A DNA stretch of 64,000 bases, taken from NCBI GenBank assembly GCA_048127485.1, contig JBHNWI010000006.1, positions 46,407,358 to 46,471,357 of the forward strand. The letters run 5' to 3'. This document shows positions 25,142 to 38,415 of the stretch, one piece after another. This DNA comes from Solemya velum. Its lineage: Eukaryota. The notes beneath the pieces were generated by a model. That model had not been told where the DNA came from, made no database searches, and was given only the letters and a program-made list of their open reading frames with translations. A program made the translations under genes and the position numbers. Every line of letters begins with the position of its first letter. Position 1 is the stretch's first letter.

Positions 25142-28100
25142 TGAAACCACCTTTTTTGTAATACGAATATATTGAACACAGTGTTATGAGATTGATTCAT
25201 CTTGGATTATTGGAGAATCATGGACTTGAGTCACAGTTTTATATCCAATTAGAATTTAATGGTGAAATGTTTTTTGAAAAGTTATCATGGCCAATATTAC
25301 TAGATTCAAATATAGTCATTTTATACATAATATATTTGTTTTCATGAAATGATTTTTTTCTTACACGAATTTTGACACAAGTTCAAGATTGTCTTCTTGA
25401 TCCATAGACTTGTCTTTGCCTTCTGTGTAAACATGATAAACATTGTACATTCGTAGTGTAATACATAGTGCAATTAATCATGATTCTCATCTGTGATAGT
25501 GTAGGAAGTTTGAGGTCAGGTATTTTTGTTTTCCAACAATGTATATTTTACTATATTCCGAGCCCTGAATTGTTATTATTTCAGTGGCACTGAGAAAATC
25601 TTTTTATTTTTTCTATTACATATATAATTTATTACAAACAATTTGGATACTTTTCTAGAAAACTATTTTATACAATCTTATACTGTAAGTAGATATAATA
25701 CTTTATTTCTTCATTTTAGAACTTATGTTAGCACTCTATTTACCTTTATATCTCAAGAGTAAGAGAGGATTGGTACTTCAAATTTTTCCACCCATAAAAT
25801 TTATTCAACAAAATAACCTATCTGTATATTAAAATTTCACTAGAAATATCTCTAGAAGGCTTTAAGATGCTCACACATGCACAGTGTGGCTAAAAGTTTT
25901 CCACAGACATTCCACATATCAGATTTTTTCTTTTTCAAGGAGTAAAGAGACTTTATTCATTATTTGGAGTCTATCTCTTTGAAGCAGAAACTGTGGGTAG
26001 TTCTATATGAAATAAGAAATTGTGAATGGAAATGAAAAAATCTGTTTCCTAGTGAATCATTTCATAGGTGTCTATTTTGACCCTCTGTAGATAGTTATAA
26101 TGTGTAAACTCCAAGTTTAGACCTTTTAGAAGGTTTTATTAATACAAGTTATGCATATCTCATGTATATATACCATTATCTAGAAGTACAGTGTTATGTA
26201 TGTACACCAGTGTCCACTATTTATTGAGAAACAATTTGGAATTTCAAGTCAGGGCTCTGGAAAACCACTGGTCCACTCAACCTAGAAAGTGAAATTTGAA
26301 AATTGGCATGTGGTTTCAGTGGATGAAGAAATTTTATGATCTGATTTGGTTTGTTGTCTGTTGTCATCCATTTATGAACTGTTCATGAGATTCACATGGA
26401 ACCACTTTATAAAAATATCCCATTTATTTCAAATTGGGTCTAAATGAAATTTGTGATTGCAGATGGCTAAAATGGCAGTCATCTTGAGATTCTTGTTACC
26501 GCTATTCCGCTAAAACAACAACAACTGAAGCATTATGCCTGCGGTGTACGCAGGTTGATGGACATTTAGTTCTGAATAAGTCAACATTGACCACATCCTC
26601 AAAACAATAGGTTTTCAATTCATCGTCTTTAAAATTGATAATCATCTAACAAAGTTATTCTTTTTTGTGAAAAATTCAAATGAGTTTTCATGAACTTTCT
26701 CATATTGATAACCTCTGACATTTTATACTAAGAGAAAAAGAGGTTCTGTCAAATTTCCAAGATGGGCACCATGGCAGTCATTCTAAAATTCTCACTACTG
26801 AATTCTCATAAACCATTTATAATATTCTCATGGAATCCCTATTTATTTTTGTTTGTAGGTTTCTAGTTGCGCCCAGATCATATTTATGACTGCGAGATTT
26901 CCAAGATGGCTACCATATTTAGTTCAAAACCATGGCAGTACTGTCAACTAATTTTGAATAGTCAATTCATAAACTGATACAACCCCCCCTATTTCAAGGT
27001 GATCTTATTCTATAATAGTTCCACCAATTGTAATACTTAGATATTTATGCATACATATCATTTTTGCAAACTTTGCAGTGCTCTTGTTTATTTCTGAAAA
27101 ATTGTATCCACTTTAGTCACAAACACAAAAATCAACATAACTACACAGGTTACGCCTTTGTACTTTTGCAGGTGAGTGCCAGCACCTTCTGGGTCTCTTG
27201 TAATCCCTTTTACCATGTCCCAAGTAAGTGGTGTTCAATAAAAAGACAAATCTATAAGTGTTTTTTCTGATTTCAAGAAATAATTTTCTCTCAGTACAGT
27301 GGATGAGTGGTTCCAGAAGTGTTTTCGGAGCTCTGAATAACAGAGTACTAAATTTTAATTTACATGTTTATTGATATCCATCCTCAGTGAATCCACTTAT
27401 TGTACCATTATCAGACACACATGTACATATATGCAGAGCAATGTCCACTATTGATGAGTGTAACATTGAATTTTAACTCACTGTATTAAATTTGTTTTAT
27501 CCATGTATGTGTATGTGTATTTACATTCACCAAGGAGATCCCCATTGTCCAGGGGATGTTCTGTTCTCAGGCCTCTGACATCTTGATGTTTCTGTGCTCA
27601 TGTCACACTGGAAACAAAAATTGTTTCTGACTGTATCTGCTTGTGAGAAAGCTTTTGATTCGAACTGTGTATAGATCTATTACCAGGTTCTTCCTCCACC
27701 TACTTGAACTGACAAAGCACATATAGGAAAATATATTATTCATCCAATGTTAATCCAAGCAAACTCGTATATGGTCAGTCACAGAATCATCAATGACTGG
27801 AAGCTACTGCCAGTGATGTAGTAATTTATTGTTTTTTGTTCAATTTTAGACTAATTTAACCCTTGCCACATTGAGAGGTGATATGGGAATTGTAGGTCCA
27901 CCCTCCTCCTACCCAAGAGTTTGTGAACATGATATTTCTACAAGTGCTGAATTCTTCCTGCCTCTTTGCTACACTTTTCATGGAAGAAGAGAATGACAAA
28001 ACACTTACACATATTCTTGGGGTAATCATTCGTCAAGATGAATTCATACAGTATATCATACTACAAACGTGGCTGTGGTTTTATGAGTCATAATTGTCTA

Positions 28101-28169
28101 TAGCAGTACATTATTTAATATTTGAAGGGGAGCTTACAGTAATAACTGTTTTCATAATATCAGTGATTG

Positions 28170-28330
28170 GGAAGGAAGGGGGCCATTTGCGCATTGCTTC
28201 TGAAAATGGCCCATTGAAAAATGAAAAAGTTATATGACTTATATAAGGAATGGCCCATTCAAATTTCGGAAAACCACCAAAAAGCATTAAATTGGTCCAT
28301 TGAGTAAAATGCCCTTCCCAATCACTTTAA
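28170..28330. repeat. About 160-bp MITE with TIR 'cagtgattgggaagg / ccttcccaatcactt' and an internal triplicated 'aatggcccattgaaaaatg'-like unit.
   Basis: Inverted termini are directly visible. Confidence 0.5.
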
Positions 28331-29269
28331 TATGATACAGACTAAAAAGTCTTTTCAAAGTTACTCAGATAGGGGTAATAAGTGTTTATGGGACAATTGA
28401 AACAACTTATCGGCATTCATGTTGGAATTACTAGCGTAAGGTAGGCTGTTATGCTCAGCTCTCCCGCAAATGGAAAAGTTGTTTAGTAACCATATTCACT
28501 AATTATCATCTAACCAATCAGTGTTCATAAAATGTAACAGTAACTACCCCTTCAGTAACCACTTTCAAAAAAGCTAAATTTGTTGAAATTTAAAGTGTAA
28601 TATTTAGAATTACAATTATATCTATAGTTACATTGATTTTGTTTCTCAAACAACAATAAATGTTGAGGAAATTTCTATTTCTATTAATTTACATAAAATG
28701 TTCTGAATGAAGTTTTCAATCTTTTCCCGCATAATTGCAGAGTTTGATGGCAGTCATTTGGATTCTCCAGTACTTATATGACATTATGTAGTTAATATGG
28801 AATAATTTTAGCACACCTTTCTTTTGTGCAAGGAGAGACAAAGAAGCTAGTATCCATTTTTAGTTTTCAACAACTTTAGAGAATTCTGAATAAATTTGGC
28901 AACTCTGAGAGGAACAAACGGGTGAATGAGTTTCAAAGAAACCAGAAAAGGTTATTGTCACTGTCATCCATCACGATCCCTGCATCACAAATCGAGTGCG
29001 CTACCACTGCGCTATCGGGACAACTTTGGGTGTTTATTGCTCATGAACGGGAAATAACAATTGGAATCATCTCGTTTATCGCACAGGTATTTAGGGACAG
29101 GATGGTGGATTCCTACAGATTATAATAAAATAGTTTTCGGTAGATTAGAAAATAAACGGTATTGTGTTCATTTTCTATTTATTTCCATCTATTACCACCA
29201 CCAAGTCACGATAACAAACCGAAAACAATGTTTTATACACTTTTCTAAAAATTGACCTTCTCTCACAGG

Positions 29270-31830
29270 CCACAGGAACATTACCAGGAACCTACCATCT
29301 GAAGATTGATCCACAAGCCAAACCGGTTGTACACGCAGCCAGAGGGCAACCCGCTGCATTGCTACCTAGGATCACAGAGAAACTTCATGAGATGGGCACA
29401 TTGAGCATGTGCGCCACCCCACGGACTGGGTGAATTCCAAGGTTGTATCGACCCGCGGAGATAAGATAAGGATTTGTATTGATCCAAGTGATTTGAACCG
29501 CGCTATCAAGCGAGAACATTACACGATGAGGACACTCGAGGGAATCGTTAGCAGAAGCCCACACGGGAAACTGTGCAACAATGAACACCCCAATAGGAAG
29601 GTTACGATTACCGTTTGGTATCAAGTCCGCGCCTCAGCTGTACCAGCGAACAATGGACGAGCTACTTGAGGGCATCCAAGATACCTATGCCATAATGGAC
29701 GATATCTTGATCGTGGCCAAGGACAGAGCACACCATGACTTGGTCCTACAGCGTGTTCTTGAGAGAGCTGAGGAATACAACCTGAAGCTGAACTGGGATA
29801 GAGCCAAAATCCGCAAGCCGTGAATCGCCTATGTGGGACACCTCTCAACGGAGAATGGACTGTGCCCAGACCCGGCTAAGGACCAAGCATAGAGATGCCA
29901 GCCCCAGACTCGAAGGAAGCCGTGAGCCGGTTCCTAGGATTCGTAGGGTACTTAGCCTTGTTCCTGCCTATACTGGCTGAGATAGAAGTATCTCTGCGCA
30001 AACTCACAAAGGATGACGTACGTACTGTTTCACTCGGACGCTCCCCAGCAACAGGCGTTTGAAACTATCAGAGAGATTTGCTCGAATCACCCTGTGCTTA
30101 CATACTATGATGTGGAGAAACTATGCACTATTCAGTGTGACACAAACAAGCTTGCAGTAGGTGTTTTGCTACTGCAGTCAGGTAGACCAGTAGCGTATGC
30201 GTCGAGAAAACTGAGATCGTCAGAACAGAGCTTGGCTCCCATCGAGAAGGAGATGTTAGCCATAGTGTTTAGCACATAGTTTCGTGACTATATAGTGGAA
30301 AAGGAAACAAACTGGAGAACATCTTTCTTAAACCCCTGTCCTACGTGCCTCTGAGGCTACAGACCATGATGTTGAAAATCAAAGAGTATGACCTGTGTGT
30401 GCAGTATGTTCCAGGGAAAGAGCAAGTACTTGCCGACACGCTCAGTAACATCACTGACTCACACGAGGACGAGGAACTGAACATTAACATGCTGGAACGA
30501 ATTTCTGTATCGCCCCAGAAATACACAGAATTCAAGCAAAACACAAGCAAAACACATTCAAGCAAAAAACCATCTGGTACAGACTGGATGGCCGGACACG
30601 AAACAAGAGACACCTCACAGTGTCAGGCCGTACTGGAACGTACGACAGGACCTCGCTGCCCTAGATGGAGTCATCTACAAAGAAATGCGCATTGTGGTAC
30701 CACCGTCCATGCAGGCCACTGTGCAAGGACTGATCTACGAAACGCACATGGGCATTGTCAAGTCCAAGCAACTAGCCCGGGATTCAGTCTTCTGGCATGA
30801 CAGCTCAGATAGAGGAGAAAGTGGCAGGATGTGCGGTGTGCAAAGACTATGTGCAGAAACAAACGAAGGAGCTTTTGCAACCTAGCTCTGTACCTGACCT
30901 GCCGTGAAGCAAAGTCGCGTGAGCCCTATATATTGACTATAGACTACTACTCAAAGTTCATCCAAGTGTCCAAGCTACAGTCACTGACCGCAAAAAGCAC
31001 TTTGCAACACATGGCATATCAGAACGCCTAGTGACAGACTGTGGCACACTTGCGCCGAGTTTGTGAAGTTTGGCAGACTATAACATCAACCATGTGCTCA
31101 TCAGCCCGAAACACCACAGGCAAATGGCGAAGCTGAGATTGGAGTAAAAATAGTGAAGGGATTGTGGCGAAGTGCAGAGACAAATAGAAAGCACTCTCGA
31201 ACTATCGTGCCTAGCCGATCCCCGGCATTGAGCTTTCACCATCTCAGTTGCTCATTCATGTCCAGGCAATTGAGAACATCCATGCCTATTGCCCGCAGCG
31301 GACTTACCCCATTGCACAACAACCCAGATAATGTCAAAGCACACATGCGTCCCCAGAAGTAGACGCAAAAGAGTAACTAGGACTGCAGCTCCAAGACCTT
31401 ACACCTCTCAGACCAGGTGATTCAGTCCGTGTGCAGCCACATGACGGTACCAAACTATGGAGAACAGACAAGGTGATCAAGCATCACAGCACGCCATGTT
31501 CATATGTCGTGGAGACTGAGGCTGACAGAATCAGGCGTAACAGACGAGCACTGCTTGTCGTACCACCAGTGCTAACGCCAAGGCTCACCAGAGAGGCACC
31601 GCCTCCGGATGAGGACATTGCACCTGCCCCGAGAACAGTTGTGCCAGAGTCGTCAACTGCCACATCGGCCTCCACCCCCTAGCGCTGCACCACCTCCGAG
31701 GTCGCCAGCCCCTCATCTGAAGCCACCACAGAGAGCTGCCCAGACCTGCGAGGAAGTTCCACCTAACACCTACAGCACAACCCGAAGTGCGCCAACCTCA
31801 GAAGTTGAACCTTTAAGTTTGAACATCAAG
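29270..31830 (+). mobile_element. Degenerate LTR-retrotransposon pol (Ty3/Gypsy- or BEL-like) carrying RT, RNase H and integrase remnants with many stops and frameshifts.
   Basis: 'KIRICIDPSDLNRAIKREHYTMRTLE', 'FGIKSAPQLYQRTMDELLEGIQDTYAIMDDILIVA' (the YxDD motif), 'LTYYDVEKLCTIQCDTNKLAVGVLLLQ...PVAYASRKL...EKEMLAIVF' (RNase H), 'HMGIVKSKQLARDSVFW...ILTIDYYSKFIQV' (integrase), and C-terminal 'VRVQPHDGTKLWRTDKVIKHHSTPCSYVVETE'. Confidence 0.8.
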
Positions 31831-32774
31831 TATCCTCTTTAAGTTTGAACATCAAGTATCCTTGCCCTGATATATATTGATTATTTTTCGGACAATATTG
31901 AGAACTAACGAGATAGTTTCAAAAATGTGTGCTTAGTTTAAAGAACACTTGAACATTATTGCCCTTTGTGAATTCATCCTGAAAGTACTTAAAATAGTAA
32001 ATTTGAATCCTACATATTGGTATTGCATTTGATAATAGGGTGGATGTAATGTATGCTGTGACCTCTGACCATTACGAATAAAGGTCGTCACTTCCGGCTC
32101 CTTGGTGAAGTAAAACATGTGTTGTGTCTATTGATTACGTTGCACTGGGCTACCAAAAAATATCAAACAGACTCAACCCATAATCAGCATAATCCCTCTT
32201 TTAGGTTATTCATAGTATTCTTCCCATTTAAATGATTATAATGAACGGAGACGATGGACACGGATACCGAGGTGGGGTTATGCAGTGTTTTATCATTATA
32301 GGTTTGAGATGCAATGGAGTTTGTGTATGTGTGAAAAATGGAAGGGATTGAGTTTTGAAACACCGCGGGACAGTTGACTGAACTTTCTGATTGAAGAAAC
32401 ATGTTACTAATGTTTATTGTGGAGGATTTATGTCTCTGTTTAGTAATTTCGTACTTTTTAAACTTTACTTATTGCGTCCAACCCTTCATTCTCACGCCAT
32501 TTTAAGAAAGGAAGTCCTTCCAGGGTTATAATGGAGTACCACGAAAAGTCACCTGAGCTGAACCCTGATCCTGGAGATGGGTTCAATACACACCACAGGG
32601 ACAAGTTTTTTTTTTTTTGTTCAAGAGCAAACAATCCAGCAGTATTTGTCTAGTAAAAACATATAGTAAGGACTTTTGTAGGAATGGGAATTGTATACAT
32701 ATATTTTAAAATGTGGATGAATTATATGAATATGAATCTATCGAACATCTATTATAATCCATCCAATCAACTAA

Positions 32775-33125
32775 CCCTAGTTCCCTTCCAAGCCGTGGCC
32801 TAGCTGAGACAGACAAAAGTCTTCAAAATTGGTATTCCTTGCGGCTACCTGTCAGGCGTCCGATGATGAGGTTAGCGCAAGGGCTGGTTAACCCGATGTC
32901 AGAATAATGTGACTGGGGATGATGTCATGTGGTATCCGATATGGTATTCTGGTGTGATAGCACCTTGAAGCGCGGCATCAGTCCGCATTGTCGCAAGCAG
33001 ACATGTTACTCACACTCACAAACACTTTAAATACACAATTTGATTTCACGTGATATAATATACAGTTGTGTTCGTATATATTTTTATGTAGCTGGCACGC
33101 ATGGGCTTAAGTCTAAGATGCCATT
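32775..33125 (+). repeat. SINE family A, 5'-variant copy.
   Basis: Core 'aaaagtcttcaaaattggtattccttgcggctacctgtcag' plus body and the tail 'gtagctggcacgcatgggcttaagtctaagatgccattcatcgaactaaccaacc'. Confidence 0.75.
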
Positions 33126-33144
33126 CATCGAACTAACCAACCTA

Positions 33145-33440
33145 GTCGCCCTTCGTAGTGTAGCGGTTTGCAATCTGAAGGTTCATGGTTCGCTCTCCGG
33201 CGACGGACAGATTTTCAGGTCTCTCTGATCTCGGGGTGTCTTATAGTCTTTCGGATGAGACTTTAAACCGTGTATTGGTGGTCTACACCAGGCACGTTTA
33301 AGAAAAGAAAAAGAGTAAAGTATTGTACCTGGGTTCACCTGTATTCGTCTTTTACTTGCTCCTCTCTTTCACGGACTTATAGGTCTACGGCGTAAGGTTT
33401 TCTATGCAGCCAACCAACTACCAACCGGTCTTCGGCCCTA
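33145..33440 (+). repeat. SINE family C (pseudo-tRNA head 'gtcgcccttcgtagtgtagcggtt...ggttcgctctccggcgac'), ending in a CCAA-type tail 'caaccaactaccaacc'.
   Basis: The tRNA-like head has acceptor pairing but is only about 62 nt and lacks a canonical T-arm. It is followed by a unique body and the family-typical tail. Confidence 0.55.
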
Positions 33441-33789
33441 GTCACGTGGAAAAGCACCAGTTCTGTGTGTGTGTATGCGTGCGTGTGAATTTAAGAAACG
33501 CATGTATTGAAGCCCTTTATTATAACTGAACACACATTCGAAAACATCTGCAACAAATCTGACAAAAACATTTTGATGAGTGGTGGTGTTGAAATAGAAA
33601 TATATTGTTGAACTGAATCGAAAAGAACTGACAAAACAAATTATTTAACATAGAATCACTTGTGGCATATATTAGTAATGATTATTATATCACAGGAGCT
33701 TGATTATTATATCACAGGAGCTTGAAAGAGTTTGTTTTAGTAAAAGCTATTTAGTTAACACTGTGTCTCTTGGGCTTGTGAGAAATACT

Positions 33790-34031
33790 CTATGGAACCA
33801 TGGTTACACATTTCTTGGCCTCTTTCTTCCTTTGTGAAACTGTGGTTGGATGCGACCAAAGGGAGTCCGACGTGGCGAACTGGGTCATTCCTTTCACGGG
33901 TGAGGTATTGGGACGGGACGAAGTCTTGTAGGTATCCCGATATGTGGTGCAGAACTGCATCTTATCATCTTTCCCAAGGTCGCGATGCTCCGAGACTTGA
34001 CGGCATAGGTCGGATCGCTTGGCAGCTTCGC
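33790..34031 (-). CDS. Terminal coding exon of an uncharacterised minus-strand gene. Translation (G)EAAKRSDLCRQVSEHRDLGKDDKMQFCTTYRDTYKTSSRPNTSPVKGMTQFATSDSLWSHPTTVSQRKKEAKKCVTMVP*.
   Basis: atatacag| acceptor on the minus strand at about 34032-34033. The ORF runs to TAG at 33790-33792, phase-consistent with the upstream exon. Confidence 0.65.
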
Positions 34032-34717
34032 CTGTATATGAGTAATACATCATAAATGAAATAGTGTGATAAGAAATGAGCGTTCAATAATTCAGAGCCG
34101 TCCTACTGTAACCACATTTTTAATTCTTAAAGCTATTGAGCCCGCATGTACGCGATGCGCAAAGCGTAGTGCACAATGCGCAAAACGAAATGAACAAACC
34201 GCGTGAAAACCGGTGTGCGTGCTGCGTTGAATTACCTGGTAAGAACTGAAGGCATATGACCTCATGCAATGGAAAAATCCCTGTGGGTAAGTGCGTAGTT
34301 TCAAATGTTCGCTACATGTAGCGATCTTTCTATGCACTGCGCATCACGCACACGTGAAACCACTTCAACAGAAAACTTATATATGTTTGATTTATCACGC
34401 ATACACGCTACATTTTGCGCATCACGTACACGTGGGTTCATAGCTTGATACTCTACATAATACCATGTACAGTTTTCAATATATGACTATTTAGGCTGTT
34501 GGTTGCATTCCAATGGGTTATACACAGGTTCTTCTACCCAATTTTAGAAACTTATATTGCAGATATCGTGATGAAAACCTTCTAAAACAAGCTAATTGCC
34601 TTCCATCAATGGTTATTATGCACCGATGATTTTTCAAATATATCAATAATTAATAGTTCACAAATTGAGCCAAATTCATATGCAATCAACAAAACACAGT
34701 TTTGAGTGTATATGTAC

Positions 34718-34958
34718 CTTTGAAATGAGCTCTCTGTGTCGAAACCAGAAGCATTTTTTCACCGGGTGGCTCGTACTTGTACCTGATCTGGAAATCATTT
34801 GCCGGTTCCGCCCCAAGCCATTCCTGGAAGTCTGTTTGGTACCTGCTTGACCACTGGAAGCGAGAATCGCCAGGCTGATGTTTGATGATGTCCTCGTTCG
34901 CCTTACCTGGTCGGGACGGAGCTAGTGGGGTAACTAAGCCCGGGGGATCAAAATCCAC
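34718..34958 (-). CDS. Exon of the uncharacterised minus-strand gene. Translation VDFDPPGLVTPLAPSRPGKANEDIIKHQPGDSRFQWSSRYQTDFQEWLGAEPANDFQIRYKYEPPGEKMLLVSTQRAHFK.
   Basis: tttag| acceptor and GTACAT donor (minus strand). Matches the track ORF 34686-34958. Confidence 0.65.
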
Positions 34959-35656
34959 CTAAAATGTATTATGTACCGTTAAAAATACAAATAGATTTAA
35001 TTTTGGAGATTTATTTGTTTAAATATCTTTCAGTTTACTGGACTAGAGAACACACTACTGTGGAATATATTACTATCATTCATCAGACAGTATGGCATAG
35101 AAACACGAGCGAGTAGATAGAAAGGAGAGGCCATACGTATGCTTGGAATTCATGTGTTGTGAGAAAGCGAAAGAGTTGGTTCCTTGCAGTCAATCTTTGT
35201 ACTCAACTACTCTACGTGCACATACTGTGATAAGAAGTAACTCCCTGGAATGTATTAGTACCACCAGCGTGGTAAATACTCTAATAATTGTTACACCAGA
35301 GACATAACAGTTTAAACTTGCACATCCGATTTTCGTCATGAACTTCGATATCCGCATTGTTTGGACTGTTTTTAAGACGTTTCAACATAATTGAATAGTC
35401 AAATTCATTCAATGATATTACAGCCACATGAAACGTGTTAGACAACTTCAATTTGACCTATAAGCATCCCGACATAGCCGCGAGAAGAATATACGTGACT
35501 GTGACTATCCTTTAAAAATTAGATTGTTGTGTAAACTGTATACAAAACGAAAATGTTTATAAGAACTGAAAAAGTAACAATGATGTCGAGGCATTCGAGA
35601 GTGAGAATGCTTCGTTTGTGACTAGTCACTACAAAAACGTAAAAACTAAAATATAC

Positions 35657-35931
35657 CTTGTAAGTACTATCCATCACCATAGACAGAGACGGGCGTTTGT
35701 ACGCCTTGATGAGGGCCCATTTGGGTTTCTCTGGGGACTTCACGGGCCATTCCTTGAATGCTACGGATTTTTCTGTCCGCCCGTCAAAAGGGGCATCCAG
35801 AATTTGAGTTGATTGTGGGGGATGGCAACATTTCCGCCGACACACATCAAAGTGAGGTTTGAAATCAGCCATAAACGTTGAGACATTATCGAATGGCATC
35901 ATCACATCAACCATCGAAGTCTTTTTCCCAA
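35657..35931 (-). CDS. Exon of the uncharacterised minus-strand gene. Translation (L)GKKTSMVDVMMPFDNVSTFMADFKPHFDVCRRKCCHPPQSTQILDAPFDGRTEKSVAFKEWPVKSPEKPKWALIKAYKRPSLSMVMDSTYK.
   Basis: cttgtag| acceptor and GTATAT donor (minus strand). The split codon c+tt matches the phase-1 end of the upstream exon. Lies within track ORF 35519-36043. Confidence 0.65.
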
Positions 35932-36681
35932 CTACAAGACAAAAGGCATATTTAAAACGATCATATACACAGATATAATAAGATGAATAAGACCGCGCAC
36001 TAAGAATGGTAAATGTCGTCTGCTTAGCATAGCGGCAGCACACTCGTTTTGCAATATAGAGGTCTCGGGTTCAAGCCACGAAAATGTTCGGAGTTTGAAT
36101 TTCGGTCCCAAATCAGATTTTCAGAGTCTTTACGACATTAATGTGACCTACATTCCGCCGTACCTTGTTTGTGTCAGCTCGCTCTATTGGCGAGGAACGA
36201 TAAACATCACAGAAGATCATTGTACCCGACTTATTCTGGCTCAATCTCTTCCCCTCAAACAGTTAAATAGTTGTTTGACTAAACATGTTGGGGCAGCACA
36301 ATATGAAGATGTGTTCGTTTATATGTCTATGTGGCTGGCACATATGGGCTTAAGTCTAAGGTGTCATTAATTCAACCAATCAGCCGAAGAAACAAACAAC
36401 TTGAATTTAGGTTCACACATCGCATGTAAGTATCATTCTAACAACAAATCTGAGAAGAGTGAAATCTGGGAGCTTCATAGATTTGTAGAAACCTTAAATT
36501 CTGGAAAAAGTCACAGATTGCCATGGGAATAAAAGTTTATCAGGGTCAACACAGCATTCTCCCATGGAAAACACAAGAGCTAGAATCTGATAGCTTGGCA
36601 TCATTATACTGAGTGCATGTATGTTTCATAACCAATAGTAATGTTCCAAGTGGCCTATACAGAGTATGCAAATGTACTTAC

Positions 36682-36835
36682 GCGATTTTGAGGGAACTGG
36701 TGATTGTTTGCCCGACTCCCCGTAGTATTGCTTGTAGAGGGTTAAGCCATCGAACTTTCCACCTGAAGTTCTGTCCTGTTCCATCGGTTTGATCAACGGT
36801 GGGCGCGACACACCTTCAGGTTTCTTGTAGTCACT
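36682..36835 (-). CDS. Exon of the uncharacterised minus-strand gene. Translation SDYKKPEGVSRPPLIKPMEQDRTSGGKFDGLTLYKQYYGESGKQSPVPSKS.
   Basis: ccaacag| acceptor and GTAAGT donor (minus strand). Lies within track ORF 36626-36811. Coordinates corrected by +1 for the local indexing offset. Confidence 0.65.
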
Positions 36836-38226
36836 CTGTTGGAGGAAAATATTCTGTCGATATTACTAGAGTGTATTGAGTATTATGTCCAGCCCACGTG
36901 ATATAAAAGGAACACCATTAATTGCTAGTTACATTCCCAGATGCATTACAATAGCCCGGAATGCAATGGTTGATATGGTCATCAGATACTTCAAATAATG
37001 CGCCCCCGCAGCTCCATTGGCTCATAGTCCTACTACCCCAACATTTTTATCCAGATGATTCCAGCATTGGGGAAACATGATCGATAGCTATGTTTCTATA
37101 TGTATAATATCTGTAGAAGGTGAACCGTTGTTTTCTCCTAATGGCCGATGGACAGTTAGAGTATCGTGGTCACTGGGCTCTGAACCATCCAACTAAAGAG
37201 ATTTAGCCTCACTTGCAGTAAAACCAAATTTGCCATGCGAGGTCTGTCTCGATGCGAAGTTGTATGTTACTTTTGTCGTTACTGTGCTCTTTCTGTGGCC
37301 ACCGTCCTAATCCGACAATAACACTACACAGTTGACATTTTGCTATAGAGACATTATTCGCTTTACGGTTCAAGCCAACCCATCGGAAGTTTGGGCGAAC
37401 AGTACAGAATGTTGAATAGACGGACAACACACGGCCAAAAAAGGGCATTACTATGCTTACCTACGTTTTGCGCAATAAATTTGTATTAAAGGGATAATTC
37501 CACACCCAGTGTTGTAAACTAAATCATCACCAACAGTTACATTAAACTATTTCCCAACAATTTTTCACCACCCACCGGTTGTATTCTGCAAATATAGCCA
37601 ACTTTTGGGGGAGAATCCCCACCCATTTTTTCGGCTATCGGCAACACGTTTACATGTGTTCAAAAGACTGTGTCAACCAATCACAGCGGACTGGTAATCA
37701 TTTCGGGACGCCATTGTGTGACGGAGTGCGCACGCGTGCGAGGAAAGCACTAAAATCTGAAAATACACCGGTATTATGCGTTGCGTCATAATTCAGTTGT
37801 AACAGTCAGTAAGCAATACCGATAAATTTACTCGAGTAAATTTAAGAAAAAGGTCTTCGATAGAGCTAGTTAAAGGTAGACCCTGACCTTTGCTACGCGG
37901 CTACAGTCGACACTCATGGAGGGGTTATCAAAACCGCAAGTACCAACATAAAGGAAGTTACTGGGATTTGGGTGTGGAATTATGGCTTTAACAACGTGAT
38001 CGACCTGCTTGTGTGAAAGATGTCGGTGACTCGCTACTTTCTGGTGTTTCTTATCGTGGGTTTACACAGTACAAACCACATCACGCCGACGGGACCTAGT
38101 GGCTCATAAAGCAATGGAACACGAGCCTCCTGAACAAATACTAACCAACCATGACAGACAGACATGCAGTCGGGAATTCATATACTTTTTACAATTCAAT
38201 ACGATTTCTGAAAATATTCAACAAAC

Positions 38227-38415
38227 CTGCACGGTGGACTCGCCATCGAACTTGCACATTTTGTTTATGTCCAGGGACTCTCGGTGCGTGTCAACTTTGG
38301 GTTTACAGAACTTCCTGGTGTTCTTGTCCGCCTGCTGGTATGAAGTTTGGTAAACCGACCGAACATTGAACGTGGTTGCAGGTATTTTGTATTTCATATT
38401 CGGCTTGTACGACAT
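38227..38415 (-). CDS. First coding exon (ATG at 38413-38415 on the minus strand) of the uncharacterised gene. Translation MSYKPNMKYKIPATTFNVRSVYQTSYQQADKNTRKFCKPKVDTHRESLDINKMCKFDGESTVQ.
   Basis: ATG preceded by tttctag| acceptor (which implies an upstream 5'UTR exon) and followed by a GTTTGT donor. This is track ORF 38218-38415. Confidence 0.6.

Noticed and set aside
25142-29260. Search for an MVP polyadenylation signal and any downstream gene in the AT-rich 25.1-29.2 kb stretch.
   Set aside because: I could not identify a convincing AATAAA with downstream GU-rich context by eye and found no spliceable ORFs. Only degenerate dispersed 'agatggc....atggcagt' repeat units (26.46, 26.76 and 26.90 kb) and a small MITE were seen.
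33145-33210. Possible genuine tRNA gene ('gtcgcccttcgtagtgtagcggtttgcaatctgaaggttcatggttcgctctccggcgacgg').
   Set aside because: It is only about 62 nt, has no canonical T-stem/loop or anticodon arm, and is followed by SINE body sequence and a CCAA tail, so it is a SINE head. The heads at 50752, 48220, 12020 and 3965 were judged the same way.
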